Position numbers and translations under genes: made by a program. The notes under the pieces were generated by a model that made no database searches, had not been told where the DNA came from, and saw only the letters and a program-made list of their open reading frames with translations. From NCBI GenBank assembly GCA_041659045.1, contig JBAZZB010000001.1:326111-390110 (forward strand): DNA of 64,000 nucleotides, written 5' to 3'. Source of the stretch: Patescibacteria group bacterium (GTDB lineage: Bacteria > Patescibacteriota > Patescibacteriia > SG8-24 > DYFX01). Positions 8,897-20,957 of this stretch are shown here, piece by piece (positions within the stretch are counted from its first letter, which is position 1; each line of letters opens with the position of its first letter).

Positions 8897-11773
8897 TTAT
8901 AGCACTTTGAAGCGGCAGATGTCTTTGAAGTCGCAATACTTGCAGGTGTGTTCACTGGGCGTTGGCGCGAAGTCGGAATCTTTGATTTCCGTGATCTTTT
9001 TGTCGATCGACGCACGGATCTCGTCGAGGTTCTCTTCGGCTTCGACTTCCTGCAAGACATCGTCCTTGAGGAACCAAAACGCCATACGGCTTGTTTTGAC
9101 TTGATACACGTCGGCAAGCGCCAGCTGGTAGATACGCAGCTGTTCCTTCATGCCGGAATCCAGACGTTCCTTCGATTTACCCGTCTTGTAGTCGATGATG
9201 ACGACGGTGCCGTCCGGCAGCTTGTCGATGCGATCGATTTTACCTTTCAAGACGTAGCCGCCGATTTTGAGCGTGAAGGGTGCTTCGGTCATCCAAGGCG
9301 TGGGTTGCTCGGCAAGTGTTCTCGCGTGGGCGCGGCTGATTGCGTCACGTCCGGCTTGGTGGAAACGCTCTCGCTCCACCGCATCGTCGTACCACTCCCC
9401 CGTCCACTGGCTTTCGTAGATCACAAGCAGTTCGTCGAGCGACATGGGCGCCTCCGGTTTCGCTTTGTACGCCTCGATGAACGTTTCAAGAACTGAGTGA
9501 ATCAGCTTGCCGAAGTGGAGCGGACCCTTGTCGAGCGTTGGAATCTTCAGAAGATGCGCAAACTTGTATTGCAGCGGGCAATTATCAAACGCCGCTAGCT
9601 GCGAAAAGCTGAAGCTGGATGGGAGTTCAAGCACAATTGCTCGCTCGGAACCGGAAGTCGCGGTTTCCGCTTCATGAAAGCCGGATTTTTTTGGCGACGT
9701 CACGACCGAAATGACGGCCTTATTTTCTTCATCGGCAAAAACCTCGTCGATAAAGCGTGACGGTTTCTTTTTTCGCGAGCCTCCCGAGTCTTCTGCGGCG
9801 GTCAGGTAGAGACGATCCTTGGCGCGCGTGCAGGCAACGTAAAATAAACGTCGCTCTTCCTCGAGGTGTGCGTCGACGCCTTCGTTTGGAGTTTCTTTGA
9901 CGAGCGCATCGGGAAACGGAATCGGTTCGCGCCGGTTGTCGCCTGGAAATCGGCGTGAGACGAGTTGGACGACAAAAACATTCTTGAACTCAAGACCCTT
10001 CGAGGTGTGCGCCGTCATGAGTTTCACGGTGTCCGGTCCCTCCGCGAGATCAGGTGGAATACGTCCCTCCTCGCCCGACTCCAGCTCCCAATCGAGCACG
10101 CGCATAAACCCGCGCAGGGTTGGGCGCGGTTCGTCGTTCTCGTACGTTTGAATGCGGCGCACGAGCTGGTTGAGGTAGCCGATAGCTTCAAGCGTTTCGG
10201 GCGTCTCCTCTTTCAAGAGGTCTTCGTAATATCCGGTATCGACGAAGACTTCCTTCAGGAGACGAGCTGGTGTTGTTTTACGCGCTCGTTCGGCGTGTTT
10301 TTCGATCAGCGATTCAATACGTCGGAATTTTTCAACGGTCTCTGCAGAAAAACCAAGCGTTCCGGCTTCGTGGAGCGTTTCGTAGAGCGACCAGCTTTTT
10401 CGATCAGCCTCATGCGTGAGTTTGATGACATCGAGCGCGGGAATACCGAAGATCGGCCAAGAGAGCACGCGGTGCAGCGCCGGGCTCTCGTGGTAGTTAT
10501 CAAGCAGCTTGAAATAGCAGATGGCGTCTTGGATCACGGGTTTTACGTACAGACCGCGAGAAGCAACATAGAGATGCGGAATACCGCGCCGAGAGAGCGC
10601 TTCCATGAACGGTTTGAGGTGCGAATTGGCGCGCGCCAAAATTGCGAAGTTGCCCCAAGTCGCTTCAGGGTCGTTTTCCTTGATGCGTGAAATCTCTTCA
10701 GCGACGTAACGCGCTTCGTCGTCGATGTCGGCTAGGTTGGCGTGCGTAATGACGCCGCCGTTGCCTCGCTCCGCAATGAGGCGCTTCGATAAACCAAGCT
10801 TGGCTTCGAGGCGGTTCGGGTCATTGCGCTTGATGAAGCGATAGCTGACGTCGAGAATCTCTTGCTTTGAACGATAGTTGCGCGTTAAGAAGACTTGCGC
10901 GGCTTTCGGAAAGTCGTCTTTAAACGCCAAAATATTCGAGACGGAAGCGCCTCGGAATTTATAAATTGACTGGTCATCATCGCCGACGACTGTCAGGTTG
11001 CCGTCCTGTCCAGAAAGAAGCTTTACGAGTTCGTACTGGGCGACGTTCGTGTCTTGAAACTCGTCGACCAAAATGTATTTGAAACGCTTGCGGAACTCGG
11101 CAAGCACGCTGGGGCGCTCGCGGAAGAGGCGGATTGATTCGGAAATCAACGCTCCAAAATCGAGTTGCTTTCGTTCGAGCAAGAGATTCTCGTAAACTTC
11201 AAAGGCGCGCGCGACTTCAAGAACGCGTGTTTTTTCATCCGGTTCCGCTTCGAGCGCCTCCGCGTACGCGCGATACTGCGGTGGTGTAACGAGCTCGTCT
11301 TTGGCGTGGCTGAAATGATCGAGCAGATAATGGATGAAGCGCGACGGGTCGCCAAGCGGACGGTAATATTCGAGACCGAAATCCGTCAGGCGGTCGCGTA
11401 CTGAAAGCCAAGCACCCGTTTCATCGAGCAGTTTGGCGTCGGCAGCTAAGCCGATATCAATGCCGCGTTCCTTGAGGACACGCTCGCCAAAGCCGTGGAA
11501 GGTCAAAGCCCAGAGTTCGACATAGCCAATCGGCAAGAGGGCGTCGAGACGTTCTTCAAGCTCGGAAGCCGCTTTTTCGGTGAAGGTAAGCGCCAAAATC
11601 TCCCCAGGTGCCGCCCGGCCCGTGGCGATGAGCCAGGCAATGCGCTGGGCGATCACAGTCGTCTTTCCGGTGCCTGCCCCCGCCACAATCAAAAGAGGCC
11701 CCTCCACGTGCGTGACCGCGGCCTTTTGCTCCGGGTTCAAACCCTCCAAGAGTTTTTCGGGATCCATTGACAT
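8897..11773 (-). CDS. UvrD/PcrA-family ATP-dependent helicase fused to a C-terminal PD-(D/E)xK nuclease with Fe-S cysteines (AdnA/B-like)
   Basis: LNPEQ, AGAGTGKT, LVDEFQD, VGDDDQSIYKFRGA, NYRS, HTSKGLEF, EERRLFYVACTRA; nuclease part SFSQL..CPLQY, GKIDRID, IDYKTG, CKYCDFKDIC. Confidence 0.92.
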   Translation of the reverse strand: MSMDPEKLLEGLNPEQKAAVTHVEGPLLIVAGAGTGKTTVIAQRIAWLIATGRAAPGEILALTFTEKAASELEERLDALLPIGYVELWALTFHGFGERVLKERGIDIGLAADAKLLDETGAWLSVRDRLTDFGLEYYRPLGDPSRFIHYLLDHFSHAKDELVTPPQYRAYAEALEAEPDEKTRVLEVARAFEVYENLLLERKQLDFGALISESIRLFRERPSVLAEFRKRFKYILVDEFQDTNVAQYELVKLLSGQDGNLTVVGDDDQSIYKFRGASVSNILAFKDDFPKAAQVFLTRNYRSKQEILDVSYRFIKRNDPNRLEAKLGLSKRLIAERGNGGVITHANLADIDDEARYVAEEISRIKENDPEATWGNFAILARANSHLKPFMEALSRRGIPHLYVASRGLYVKPVIQDAICYFKLLDNYHESPALHRVLSWPIFGIPALDVIKLTHEADRKSWSLYETLHEAGTLGFSAETVEKFRRIESLIEKHAERARKTTPARLLKEVFVDTGYYEDLLKEETPETLEAIGYLNQLVRRIQTYENDEPRPTLRGFMRVLDWELESGEEGRIPPDLAEGPDTVKLMTAHTSKGLEFKNVFVVQLVSRRFPGDNRREPIPFPDALVKETPNEGVDAHLEEERRLFYVACTRAKDRLYLTAAEDSGGSRKKKPSRFIDEVFADEENKAVISVVTSPKKSGFHEAETATSGSERAIVLELPSSFSFSQLAAFDNCPLQYKFAHLLKIPTLDKGPLHFGKLIHSVLETFIEAYKAKPEAPMSLDELLVIYESQWTGEWYDDAVERERFHQAGRDAISRAHARTLAEQPTPWMTEAPFTLKIGGYVLKGKIDRIDKLPDGTVVIIDYKTGKSKERLDSGMKEQLRIYQLALADVYQVKTSRMAFWFLKDDVLQEVEAEENLDEIRASIDKKITEIKDSDFAPTPSEHTCKYCDFKDICRFKVL

Positions 11774-11795
11774 TGTCAGTGTTTTCAGGTATCCT
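11767..11795 (+). promoter_or_regulatory. sigma70-type promoter for the receiver-domain gene
   Basis: TTGACA-17 nt-TATCCT. Confidence 0.65.
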
Positions 11796-11823
11796 AGCAT
11801 GAATTCGGAGATCAACCTTCCGA

Positions 11824-12252
11824 ATGAGAAAGAAGAGGTTTATTGTGCCTGTTCCCGCTCCTTCCCTCGCCCACAAGAGCGTCCATGTCATCGAGTACTA
11901 CGAGCCCAACCACGAGAGCTACCTGCGGTTCATCCGCCACCGACTCGGCGACGCGCCTGTGGAGATCAAGGTCTTCGGCGACCACGAGGCGTACTTCAAC
12001 GCTGTGACGCCGGACAAGCTGCCCGACGTGCTCGTCCTCTCCAACCGCCAGAAGGGCATGACGGGCGTCGACTTGATCACCAGACTGCGCCGCGAGGGCT
12101 ACGCCGGCAAGGCGTTCATCTTCACCGGCGGCCCGCAGATCGAGCTGAGCGCCGAGATGGAGGCGGACGACGTCTTCTACAAGCCGACCGACACCAGGCG
12201 GCTGCTCGACGCGATCTACCTCGCGCTCCACGCGCCCAACGAGCCGCACTGA
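11824..12252 (+). CDS. stand-alone CheY-like (atypical) receiver domain protein
   Basis: PDVLVLS..GMTGVDLITRLR..FIFTG..DDVFYKP; the usual phospho-Asp position reads Ser. Confidence 0.7.
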   Translation: MRKKRFIVPVPAPSLAHKSVHVIEYYEPNHESYLRFIRHRLGDAPVEIKVFGDHEAYFNAVTPDKLPDVLVLSNRQKGMTGVDLITRLRREGYAGKAFIFTGGPQIELSAEMEADDVFYKPTDTRRLLDAIYLALHAPNEPH

Positions 12253-12257
12253 CGCGA

Positions 12258-12291
12258 AACCCCCCGACATACGTCGAGGGGTTATTTTTTT
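12258..12291 (+). terminator. intrinsic terminator between convergent receiver and sulP genes
   Basis: AACCCCCCGAC-ATAC-GTCGAGGGGTT followed by a T run. Confidence 0.7.
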
Positions 12292-13933
12292 ATGAAGCCT
12301 TGTTCAAATCAGCCTTCGCGAGTTCGATCGCCTCCGCCGAAGTCTTCGTGAAGCACTGTTCTCCGCCGACTTTCTCGACCAAGCCCAGTTTGCGCAACTT
12401 TTCCACGAGGCGCGGGTGAAGCGTCGAGAAGTAGATACGTCCGCCGTTGTTGAGTACGCGGTCGATGATGATCTCTAAGGCATGTACGCCCGTTGCGTCC
12501 ATGTGCGTCACATATTTCATGCGCAAGATCAGCGTTTCGCCGCGGTTGTGGCGAATGCGGCTTTCGAATTCCGTTGCGACGCCGAAGAACAAGGGGCCCG
12601 CGACTTTATAGAGAACAATCTGCGGATACGCGCGCAACGTTTCTTGCAGGCGGTTGAACTCCTCACTGTCTGGGCTCTCGATCTCTCCGATGTTCTCGAA
12701 AATCGTGAGCTTGCTCACGCGTTGGATGAAGAGCGCGGCGGCCATGACAACGCCGATACCGACGGCAATCGTGAGGTCGGTGAAGATCGTGAGGAGGAAT
12801 GTTGTAATGAGAACAGCGGCGTCCTGCTTCGGGCTGTGCAGAAGGTGGGTAAAGTGCGGAATTTCTGCCATGCCGTAGGCGACCATCATGAGAATCGCGG
12901 CCAGCGTCGCAAGCGGAATGTAGCGCGCGAGCGGGGCGGCGAAGAGCAAGATGATAACCAAGACCAAACTGTGAACGATCGAGGATACACGCGTACGCGC
13001 GCCGTTTCTGATATTGGCGGCCGTGCGCGCGATGGCGCCCGTAGCCGGGATACCAGAGAAAAACGGCAAGAGCATATTGCCGATACCTTGAGCGATCAGC
13101 TCCTTGTTGGAATTGTGCTTTTTTCCGGTCATGCCGTCCGCCACGACGGCGGAAAGCAGCGATTCAATGGCTCCAAGCGCGGCGATCGTGAAGGCCGCAG
13201 GCAGAAGCGCGCGCGCCGTCTCCCAAGAAAACGAAAGGAGGTGCAGGCGCGGAAGACCAGTCGGGATTGAACCAATTGTCGCCGCTGGGGCCAGGTTCTT
13301 GAAGAACGCGTTCAGGATCAGGCTTACCGCGATACCGACGAACAAGGCCGCCGGAGCTGGCGGAAATTTTTTCACGCGCTTTTGCCAGAGCACGTAGGTC
13401 GCGAGCGTCGTAAGACCGATGATCACGGCGCTAAGGTTCACACCTTTGACGACGTGCTGAGCGATCATCGTGACCGTCTCCACGAAATCGTGCGGGCGGT
13501 GCTCGAAACTCAGACCGAGAAAATCTTTAATTTGGCCGAAAAAGATGATGACGCCGATGCCGGAGGTGAAGCCGACCGTCACGGGGTATGGAATGAATCG
13601 AATGATCGAACCGAATTTACAGAGACCCATGACGAGCAGGATGACGCCTGCCATGAATCCCGCGACCATTAAGCCTTCGATGCCGTGATTGTTGACGACG
13701 TTGAGCAGGATGACGACGAACGCTCCGGTCGGACCAGAGACTTGGAAACCGGAACCGGAAAGAAGACCGATCACGAGACCGGCGATAATCGAAGTGTAGA
13801 TGCCTTGTTCGGGACGCGCACCGCTCGCAACCGCGAAAGCGATGGCGAGAGGAAGCGCGATCAAACCGACGACGGTGCCTGAAATCAGGTCAAACTTAAA
13901 CGTGTCTTTGAAATACGCTCGTACACTCTGCAT
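12290..13933 (-). CDS. SulP/SLC26-family anion (bicarbonate/sulfate/dicarboxylate) transporter with STAS domain
   Basis: DLISG..VGLIALPLAIAFA, QVSGPTGA, ESLLSA, NKELIAQGIGN, ATGAIARTAANIRNGA; STAS GPLFFG..MDATG. Confidence 0.95.
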   Translation of the reverse strand: MQSVRAYFKDTFKFDLISGTVVGLIALPLAIAFAVASGARPEQGIYTSIIAGLVIGLLSGSGFQVSGPTGAFVVILLNVVNNHGIEGLMVAGFMAGVILLVMGLCKFGSIIRFIPYPVTVGFTSGIGVIIFFGQIKDFLGLSFEHRPHDFVETVTMIAQHVVKGVNLSAVIIGLTTLATYVLWQKRVKKFPPAPAALFVGIAVSLILNAFFKNLAPAATIGSIPTGLPRLHLLSFSWETARALLPAAFTIAALGAIESLLSAVVADGMTGKKHNSNKELIAQGIGNMLLPFFSGIPATGAIARTAANIRNGARTRVSSIVHSLVLVIILLFAAPLARYIPLATLAAILMMVAYGMAEIPHFTHLLHSPKQDAAVLITTFLLTIFTDLTIAVGIGVVMAAALFIQRVSKLTIFENIGEIESPDSEEFNRLQETLRAYPQIVLYKVAGPLFFGVATEFESRIRHNRGETLILRMKYVTHMDATGVHALEIIIDRVLNNGGRIYFSTLHPRLVEKLRKLGLVEKVGGEQCFTKTSAEAIELAKADLNKAS

Positions 13934-13938
13934 AGATT

Positions 13939-14973
13939 TCAGTCGATGACTTCAAGTTTTCGCGTGTCCCAGTGCATGACCGTCGTGAGCGGCTTAAAGT
14001 AGCCTTCAAGATCGGGATGCGCCTGTTTAATCGTTTCAAGACCGAGTTTCGTGAGATACCGCGCGTTCATGATTGCTCCGTTGCGCTCCGTTTCGTCGAA
14101 ATAGGAAACTGAGGCGAAGAGCACCGCGCTCTCTTTTGAGATGCGCCCAGCGTCGCGGTTCGCCTTGATGATTTTGGCGGCGGTGGCGATGGATTGGTTC
14201 AACTGCGGATCGGTGTCGTTGATAATGAGCGCGTAGTTGATTTTGTGGAGCCAGTCGAAGCCTTGTCCGATCGCCAGGATGCGTTCCATGTGTTCGAGCT
14301 CGACGTGCGACTTTTCTTTGCAGCCGAGATCGCGTACGTGCTCGATGTTACCAGCCATGAGCGGAATCAAATCGTGGGCGACTTGCTGCGGCATGTCCGG
14401 ATACAAGTCTTTGATGGTTGCCATCAATTCCCCTCCGTCAATCGATTTAATGTCAGCCATGGAAATCGTTTTGCCGTTGCGGCCATGGAACACCAATGCT
14501 TCGCAGTCTGTCTCGACGCCAACCAGGATATTGTACACCTGGCGGAGTGGGTCGACGGCAAAGTAGAAATCGAGCTGTTTGACCAGCTCGGTCGAGCACG
14601 AGATGGATTTTTCCGTGTCATAGCCGTGTCCGGCGCAGCCACGATGTGGATCCCCTTTCGAGTAGTGATACGTCGCCATGCAAAGGACATGGCGTCCTTT
14701 TCCGAGCGCGTATTTACGAAGATCGTTGACGCGACTGCGGAGCGCCGGCCAACCCATATTGAAAATGCCGCCAATGTTGCGCTTGGGGCGGATCATGCCG
14801 AACGGCGTGCGTGTCATGACGGGCAAATGCACGCGGCCATCCATGCATTTGAACGCGACCATCATGGTCGGATGCTTGGCGCGATAGGCTTTGCGCGACG
14901 GTGTTTGTTGGAGGTAGAGCTCTGACTGCGCACGGTTCAATTCCAGCAGTTCAGGGATGATCTGATGAGCCAT
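13939..14973 (-). CDS. CsoSCA-type (carboxysome-family) beta carbonic anhydrase, paralog 1
   Basis: CMDGR, RNIGGIF, YHYSKGDPHRGCAGHG, VGVETD, HMERILAIGQGFDWL; alternative TTG start at 14994. Confidence 0.8.
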   Translation of the reverse strand: MAHQIIPELLELNRAQSELYLQQTPSRKAYRAKHPTMMVAFKCMDGRVHLPVMTRTPFGMIRPKRNIGGIFNMGWPALRSRVNDLRKYALGKGRHVLCMATYHYSKGDPHRGCAGHGYDTEKSISCSTELVKQLDFYFAVDPLRQVYNILVGVETDCEALVFHGRNGKTISMADIKSIDGGELMATIKDLYPDMPQQVAHDLIPLMAGNIEHVRDLGCKEKSHVELEHMERILAIGQGFDWLHKINYALIINDTDPQLNQSIATAAKIIKANRDAGRISKESAVLFASVSYFDETERNGAIMNARYLTKLGLETIKQAHPDLEGYFKPLTTVMHWDTRKLEVID

Positions 14974-14993
14974 AGGGTGTTGAAGATTTTCCA

Positions 14994-15022
14994 AGTGTAG
15001 GCCTCCACCAAGCGAACGTCAA
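14994..15022 (-). promoter_or_regulatory. sigma70-type promoter of CA paralog 1 and sulP
   Basis: TTGACG-17 nt-TACACT on the minus strand. Confidence 0.65.
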
Positions 15023-15025
15023 GAT

Positions 15026-15049
15026 GAAAAAACCACCCGCGGGGGTGGT
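15026..15049 (-). terminator. intrinsic terminator after CA paralog 2
   Basis: ACCACCC/GGGTGGT stem followed by a T run on the minus strand. Confidence 0.7.
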
Positions 15050-16086
15050 CAGAGGTTGGGAGAAGCGATGACGTCGAGGCCGCGGGTTCGCCAGTCCATG
15101 ACGGCGGTGAGCGGCTCGAAGAAGTCCTGAAGATCGGGGTGGAACTTCGCGATCGACTCGATCCCCAGCTCGGTGAGCTTGCGGGCTCGCAGTTCGGCGA
15201 GACGGCGCTCAGGTCCGTCGTTCTCGTACGGCGCGCACGCGAAGAGCAGGGCCTTGTCGCGCGGAATGCGTCCGGCGTCACGGTTCCCCTTGATGATGCC
15301 GACGGCCTTGCCGATCGTGTCATCCATGGAGAGCTCGATATCGTCGATGACGAGCGCGAGATTGTGCGGCATCCACTCGTAGTCCTCGCCGAGAGCGACG
15401 ATGCGCTCGCGATGCTCGAGTTCTTCCGGAGGACGACCTGCCACGCGCACGTCCCGGGTATGGCGGATGTTGCCGCTCATGACCGGGACAAGATCGCGGG
15501 CGATCTCGGGGCGCATGTCGGGGTAGAGCGAACCGATGACCTCGGTGATGGTGCTCACGTCGTCCGCGAGATCCGCCATCGAGACAATCCGTCCGTCGCG
15601 CCCGTGAAAGGACAGGGTTTGGTGATCCGTCTCGACGCCGACCAAGACTGTGTAGATCTTGTGGCAGCCGAGGAAGACCGCGCGGAACTGATCCGCGAGC
15701 GCGCTTGCGCTGGCGATCGACCGACCCTTGTCGTATTCGTGACCGCGGCACCCTCGGTGGCTGTCGCCTTCCGCGTAGTGGTAGGTCACGACGAACAAGA
15801 TGTTGCGATCTTTCTCAAACGAAGCGCGTACGTAGCGCTCGACCTTCATGCCGAGTGCCGTCCAGCCAAGATCGAAGATGCCGCCGATGTTCCGGAAGGG
15901 CCGAACGATGCCGCGTGGCAGCAGAGTCAGATCCGACCAGCCGACGCGGCCGTCCATGCACTTGGTGACGGCGTAGTTGGTGGGGTGCTCGGCGTGGTGC
16001 CGATCACGATCGGCCCGCTGTTCGATGAACAGCCGGGAGTGCTGGGTGTTCAGATCCAGCACTTCTTGAACGAGCCTTTTCGTCAT
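15049..16086 (-). CDS. CsoSCA-type beta carbonic anhydrase, paralog 2
   Basis: CMDGR, FRNIGGIFDLGW, YHYAEGDSHRGCRGHE, VGVETD, EHRERIVALG; collinear with paralog 1; GAGG upstream of the ATG. Confidence 0.8.
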   Translation of the reverse strand: MTKRLVQEVLDLNTQHSRLFIEQRADRDRHHAEHPTNYAVTKCMDGRVGWSDLTLLPRGIVRPFRNIGGIFDLGWTALGMKVERYVRASFEKDRNILFVVTYHYAEGDSHRGCRGHEYDKGRSIASASALADQFRAVFLGCHKIYTVLVGVETDHQTLSFHGRDGRIVSMADLADDVSTITEVIGSLYPDMRPEIARDLVPVMSGNIRHTRDVRVAGRPPEELEHRERIVALGEDYEWMPHNLALVIDDIELSMDDTIGKAVGIIKGNRDAGRIPRDKALLFACAPYENDGPERRLAELRARKLTELGIESIAKFHPDLQDFFEPLTAVMDWRTRGLDVIASPNL

Positions 16087-16131
16087 GCGCGAACCTCGCC
16101 TTGAGAACCCGATGGATTCGGGACGGGCGGT

Positions 16132-16160
16132 ATAATACCTCCAGAGATCGCTCGCGTCAA
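16132..16160 (-). promoter_or_regulatory. sigma70-type promoter of CA paralog 2
   Basis: TTGACG-17 nt-TATTAT. Confidence 0.7.
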
Positions 16161-16199
16161 TGGGTATAAAAAAACGCGCAGGAAGCGCGGTGGAGACTC

Positions 16200-16541
16200 T
16201 TACCCGATCGTGGGCGGGTTCTTGATGCGATCCTGATTGAGGTCGCTGTCGGGGTTGAGGAAGGATTCTTCCCAAGTGGCACGGTCAAAGGCGGGCTTCT
16301 GGGCGCTCGCTACGCCACCTGCCTGCTCCCAGATGCGGTTGCGCTTCATGCGGGCGAAGCCGATCGCGATCATGAGTGGGATCAGCATGACGGAGGCCAT
16401 CGCGAGCCCCTCGACCACCTCGCCTCGGAAGAAGTGGTTGAGACTGTAGGCGCACATGAGGAGCGCCATGAGACCAAACGACCAGGCAAAGAGGGTGAGA
16501 TCGGACTTGCTCCACGCGTGCATCGACGAATGTGTTTTCAC
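16200..16541 (-). CDS. hypothetical 2-TM membrane protein
   Basis: AGGAGG SD before GTG at 16541, two hydrophobic helices, own promoter. Confidence 0.65.
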   Translation of the reverse strand: MKTHSSMHAWSKSDLTLFAWSFGLMALLMCAYSLNHFFRGEVVEGLAMASVMLIPLMIAIGFARMKRNRIWEQAGGVASAQKPAFDRATWEESFLNPDSDLNQDRIKNPPTIG

Positions 16542-16563
16542 GAGGGCCTCCTTGGATGGGCAT

Positions 16564-16592
16564 AGGATAGGCGGTGGAAACAGTTTTGTCAA
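16564..16592 (-). promoter_or_regulatory. sigma70-type promoter
   Basis: TTGACA-17 nt-TATCCT. Confidence 0.65.
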
Positions 16593-16606
16593 CGATCTGC
16601 TTTTCA

Positions 16607-16639
16607 CAAAATCCCCCGCCGAGTGGCGAGGGATTTTTT
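16607..16639 (-). terminator. terminator of the atp operon
   Basis: AAAATCCC...GGGATTTT hairpin directly after the atpC stop. Confidence 0.7.
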
Positions 16640-16640
16640 C

Positions 16641-17087
16641 TTACTGCTGTTCGATATGTGGCATGCCTCCGCGGCTGCGATGCTTGCGGACGACGCGCAG
16701 GCGCGCCAGTTCGCGGGCAAGGCCGGCGGCAGCGTCGGCGTAGCGCTCTTCGTCGTCGAACTTTTCCTTGAGAAGTTCTTCGGCGCGTGCTTTGGCTTCT
16801 TCAATCGCTTTGAGATCGAGTTCGTCTGCGCGTTCGGCGCTGTCAGCCAGAATGGCCAAGCGGTTGCCGGGGTGCATCGTGACGAATCCACCAGAGACGG
16901 CCAGGAGCATTTCAGAGCCGTCTTCGTTCACGACACGAAGCTCGCCCGCCTGGATGGGGGCGACGAGCGGCAGATGGTCGGGCAGGACGGTGATCTCGCC
17001 TTCAGTCGTCGGGATCGAGACTTGGCGAACCTTGGCCTGCACGGCGACGCGCTCGGGTGTGGTGAGTTCGAAGTCGAGGAGTTTCAT
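16641..17087 (-). CDS. atpC: F1 ATP synthase epsilon subunit
   Basis: ELTTPER, GEITVLPDHLPL, AVSGGF, ILADSAE. Confidence 0.95.
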   Translation of the reverse strand: MKLLDFELTTPERVAVQAKVRQVSIPTTEGEITVLPDHLPLVAPIQAGELRVVNEDGSEMLLAVSGGFVTMHPGNRLAILADSAERADELDLKAIEEAKARAEELLKEKFDDEERYADAAAGLARELARLRVVRKHRSRGGMPHIEQQ

Positions 17088-17124
17088 AGGTATGGTTGAT
17101 CATCCCGCCTGCGCGGGATCTTCG

Positions 17125-19403
<2,279 letters not shown>

Positions 19404-19438
19404 AAGCTAAGGTAGAACTCACCCTACCCTCTCTTGAA

Positions 19439-20956
19439 TCAAGAGAGGGTTTTCTTAAATTCAGCGATCGCTTCCTTGAGCTCAGCTTCAATTTCCGGTT
19501 CGAGTGCTTTCTTTTCGCGCATCGCTTCCATCATGCTGGAGCGCGAAGCCTTGAGGTAGCGGTGGAAGCCGTCTTCCCAGGCGCGCACGGCGTCGATGGC
19601 GACGTCGTCAATCAAGCCGTTTGTCACGGCGTAGATGATTGCAGCCTGATGCTCGAACGGCATCGGCTGGTATTGCGGCTGCTTCAAGATTTCGACGGTG
19701 CGGCGTCCGCGTTCAATTTGCTTGCGCGTGGTGTCGTCGAGATCGGATGCGAACTGCGCGAAGGCCTCCAGTTCGCGGAACTGGGCGAGGTCGAGGCGCA
19801 GACGTCCGGCGACTTTCTTCATCACTTTCGTTTGCGCGGCGCCGCCGACGCGGGAAACCGACAAGCCGACGTTCACGGCCGGGCGAATGCCGCGGTAGAA
19901 CAGGTCGGATTCGAGATAGATTTGGCCGTCAGTGATCGAGATGACGTTCGTCGGAATGTAGGCCGAGACGTCACCGGCTTGCGTTTCGATGATCGGCAAT
20001 GCCGTCAGCGATCCGCCGCCATATTCTTTGTTGCGGCGGCAGGCGCGCTCGAGCAAGCGGGAGTGGAGATAGAAGACGTCGCCCGGATACGCTTCGCGGC
20101 CCGGCGGGCGGCGGAGAATCAAGGAGATTTGGCGGTAGGCCCAAGCGTGCTTGGAGAGGTCGTCATACACGACGAGCGCGTCCTTGCCTTGGTCCATGAA
20201 GTATTCGCCGATCGTGGCGCCCGCGTACGGCGCGAGATACGAAAGCGAAGCCGGGTCAGAGGCGCCGGCTACGACGATGATCGTGTACTCCATCGCTCCT
20301 GCCTCTTCGAGCTTGGCTTTGATACGCGCGATCTTCGATTCCTTCTGGCCGATCGCGACGTAAATACAAATCACGCCCGTCCCCTTTTGGTTGATGATGG
20401 TGTCGACGCCGATCGCGGTTTTACCCGTTTGGCGGTCGCCGATGATCAGTTCGCGCTGGCCGCGGCCGATCGGAACCATGGCGTCGATGGCCTTGATACC
20501 TGTCTGGAGCGGAACCGAAACCGGTTCGCGCGTGACGACGCCTGGAGCGACTTTTTCGATCGGATACGCCTTGCCGCCCTTGATGGCGCCTTTGCCATCG
20601 AGCGCGCGACCAAGCGGGTCAACGACGCGACCAATGAAAGCGTCGGACACATCGATCGACAAAATCTTGCCGGTCGAGCGCACGGTGTCGCCTTCTTTCA
20701 AATGTTTGGCGTCGCCGAGGACGATCGCGCCGACGGTTTCCTCTTCGAGGTTCAGCGCCATGCCGTAAGTCGGCTCTTTGCCGTCCGGTCCCGGGAACTC
20801 AAGCATTTCCGAAGACATCGCTTCGGTCAGGCCCGTCATGCGAACAACGCCGTCGCCGGATTCGACGATGGTACCGACTTTTTCAGCCTTGGAATCGACG
20901 GACGCGCCGGCGATCTCCTTCTTCAATGTTTCGATGATGAAATCTTTCGTGGCCAT
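19439..20956 (-). CDS. atpA: F1 ATP synthase alpha subunit
   Basis: [31 protein letters not shown]. Confidence 0.99.
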   Translation of the reverse strand: MATKDFIIETLKKEIAGASVDSKAEKVGTIVESGDGVVRMTGLTEAMSSEMLEFPGPDGKEPTYGMALNLEEETVGAIVLGDAKHLKEGDTVRSTGKILSIDVSDAFIGRVVDPLGRALDGKGAIKGGKAYPIEKVAPGVVTREPVSVPLQTGIKAIDAMVPIGRGQRELIIGDRQTGKTAIGVDTIINQKGTGVICIYVAIGQKESKIARIKAKLEEAGAMEYTIIVVAGASDPASLSYLAPYAGATIGEYFMDQGKDALVVYDDLSKHAWAYRQISLILRRPPGREAYPGDVFYLHSRLLERACRRNKEYGGGSLTALPIIETQAGDVSAYIPTNVISITDGQIYLESDLFYRGIRPAVNVGLSVSRVGGAAQTKVMKKVAGRLRLDLAQFRELEAFAQFASDLDDTTRKQIERGRRTVEILKQPQYQPMPFEHQAAIIYAVTNGLIDDVAIDAVRAWEDGFHRYLKASRSSMMEAMREKKALEPEIEAELKEAIAEFKKTLS

Positions 20957-20957
20957 A

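Noticed and set aside
13939-16086. Carboxysome or carbon-fixation locus
   Set aside because: No Rubisco, CsoS2 or BMC shell genes nearby, and the CAs are too short to include the carboxysomal N-terminal region
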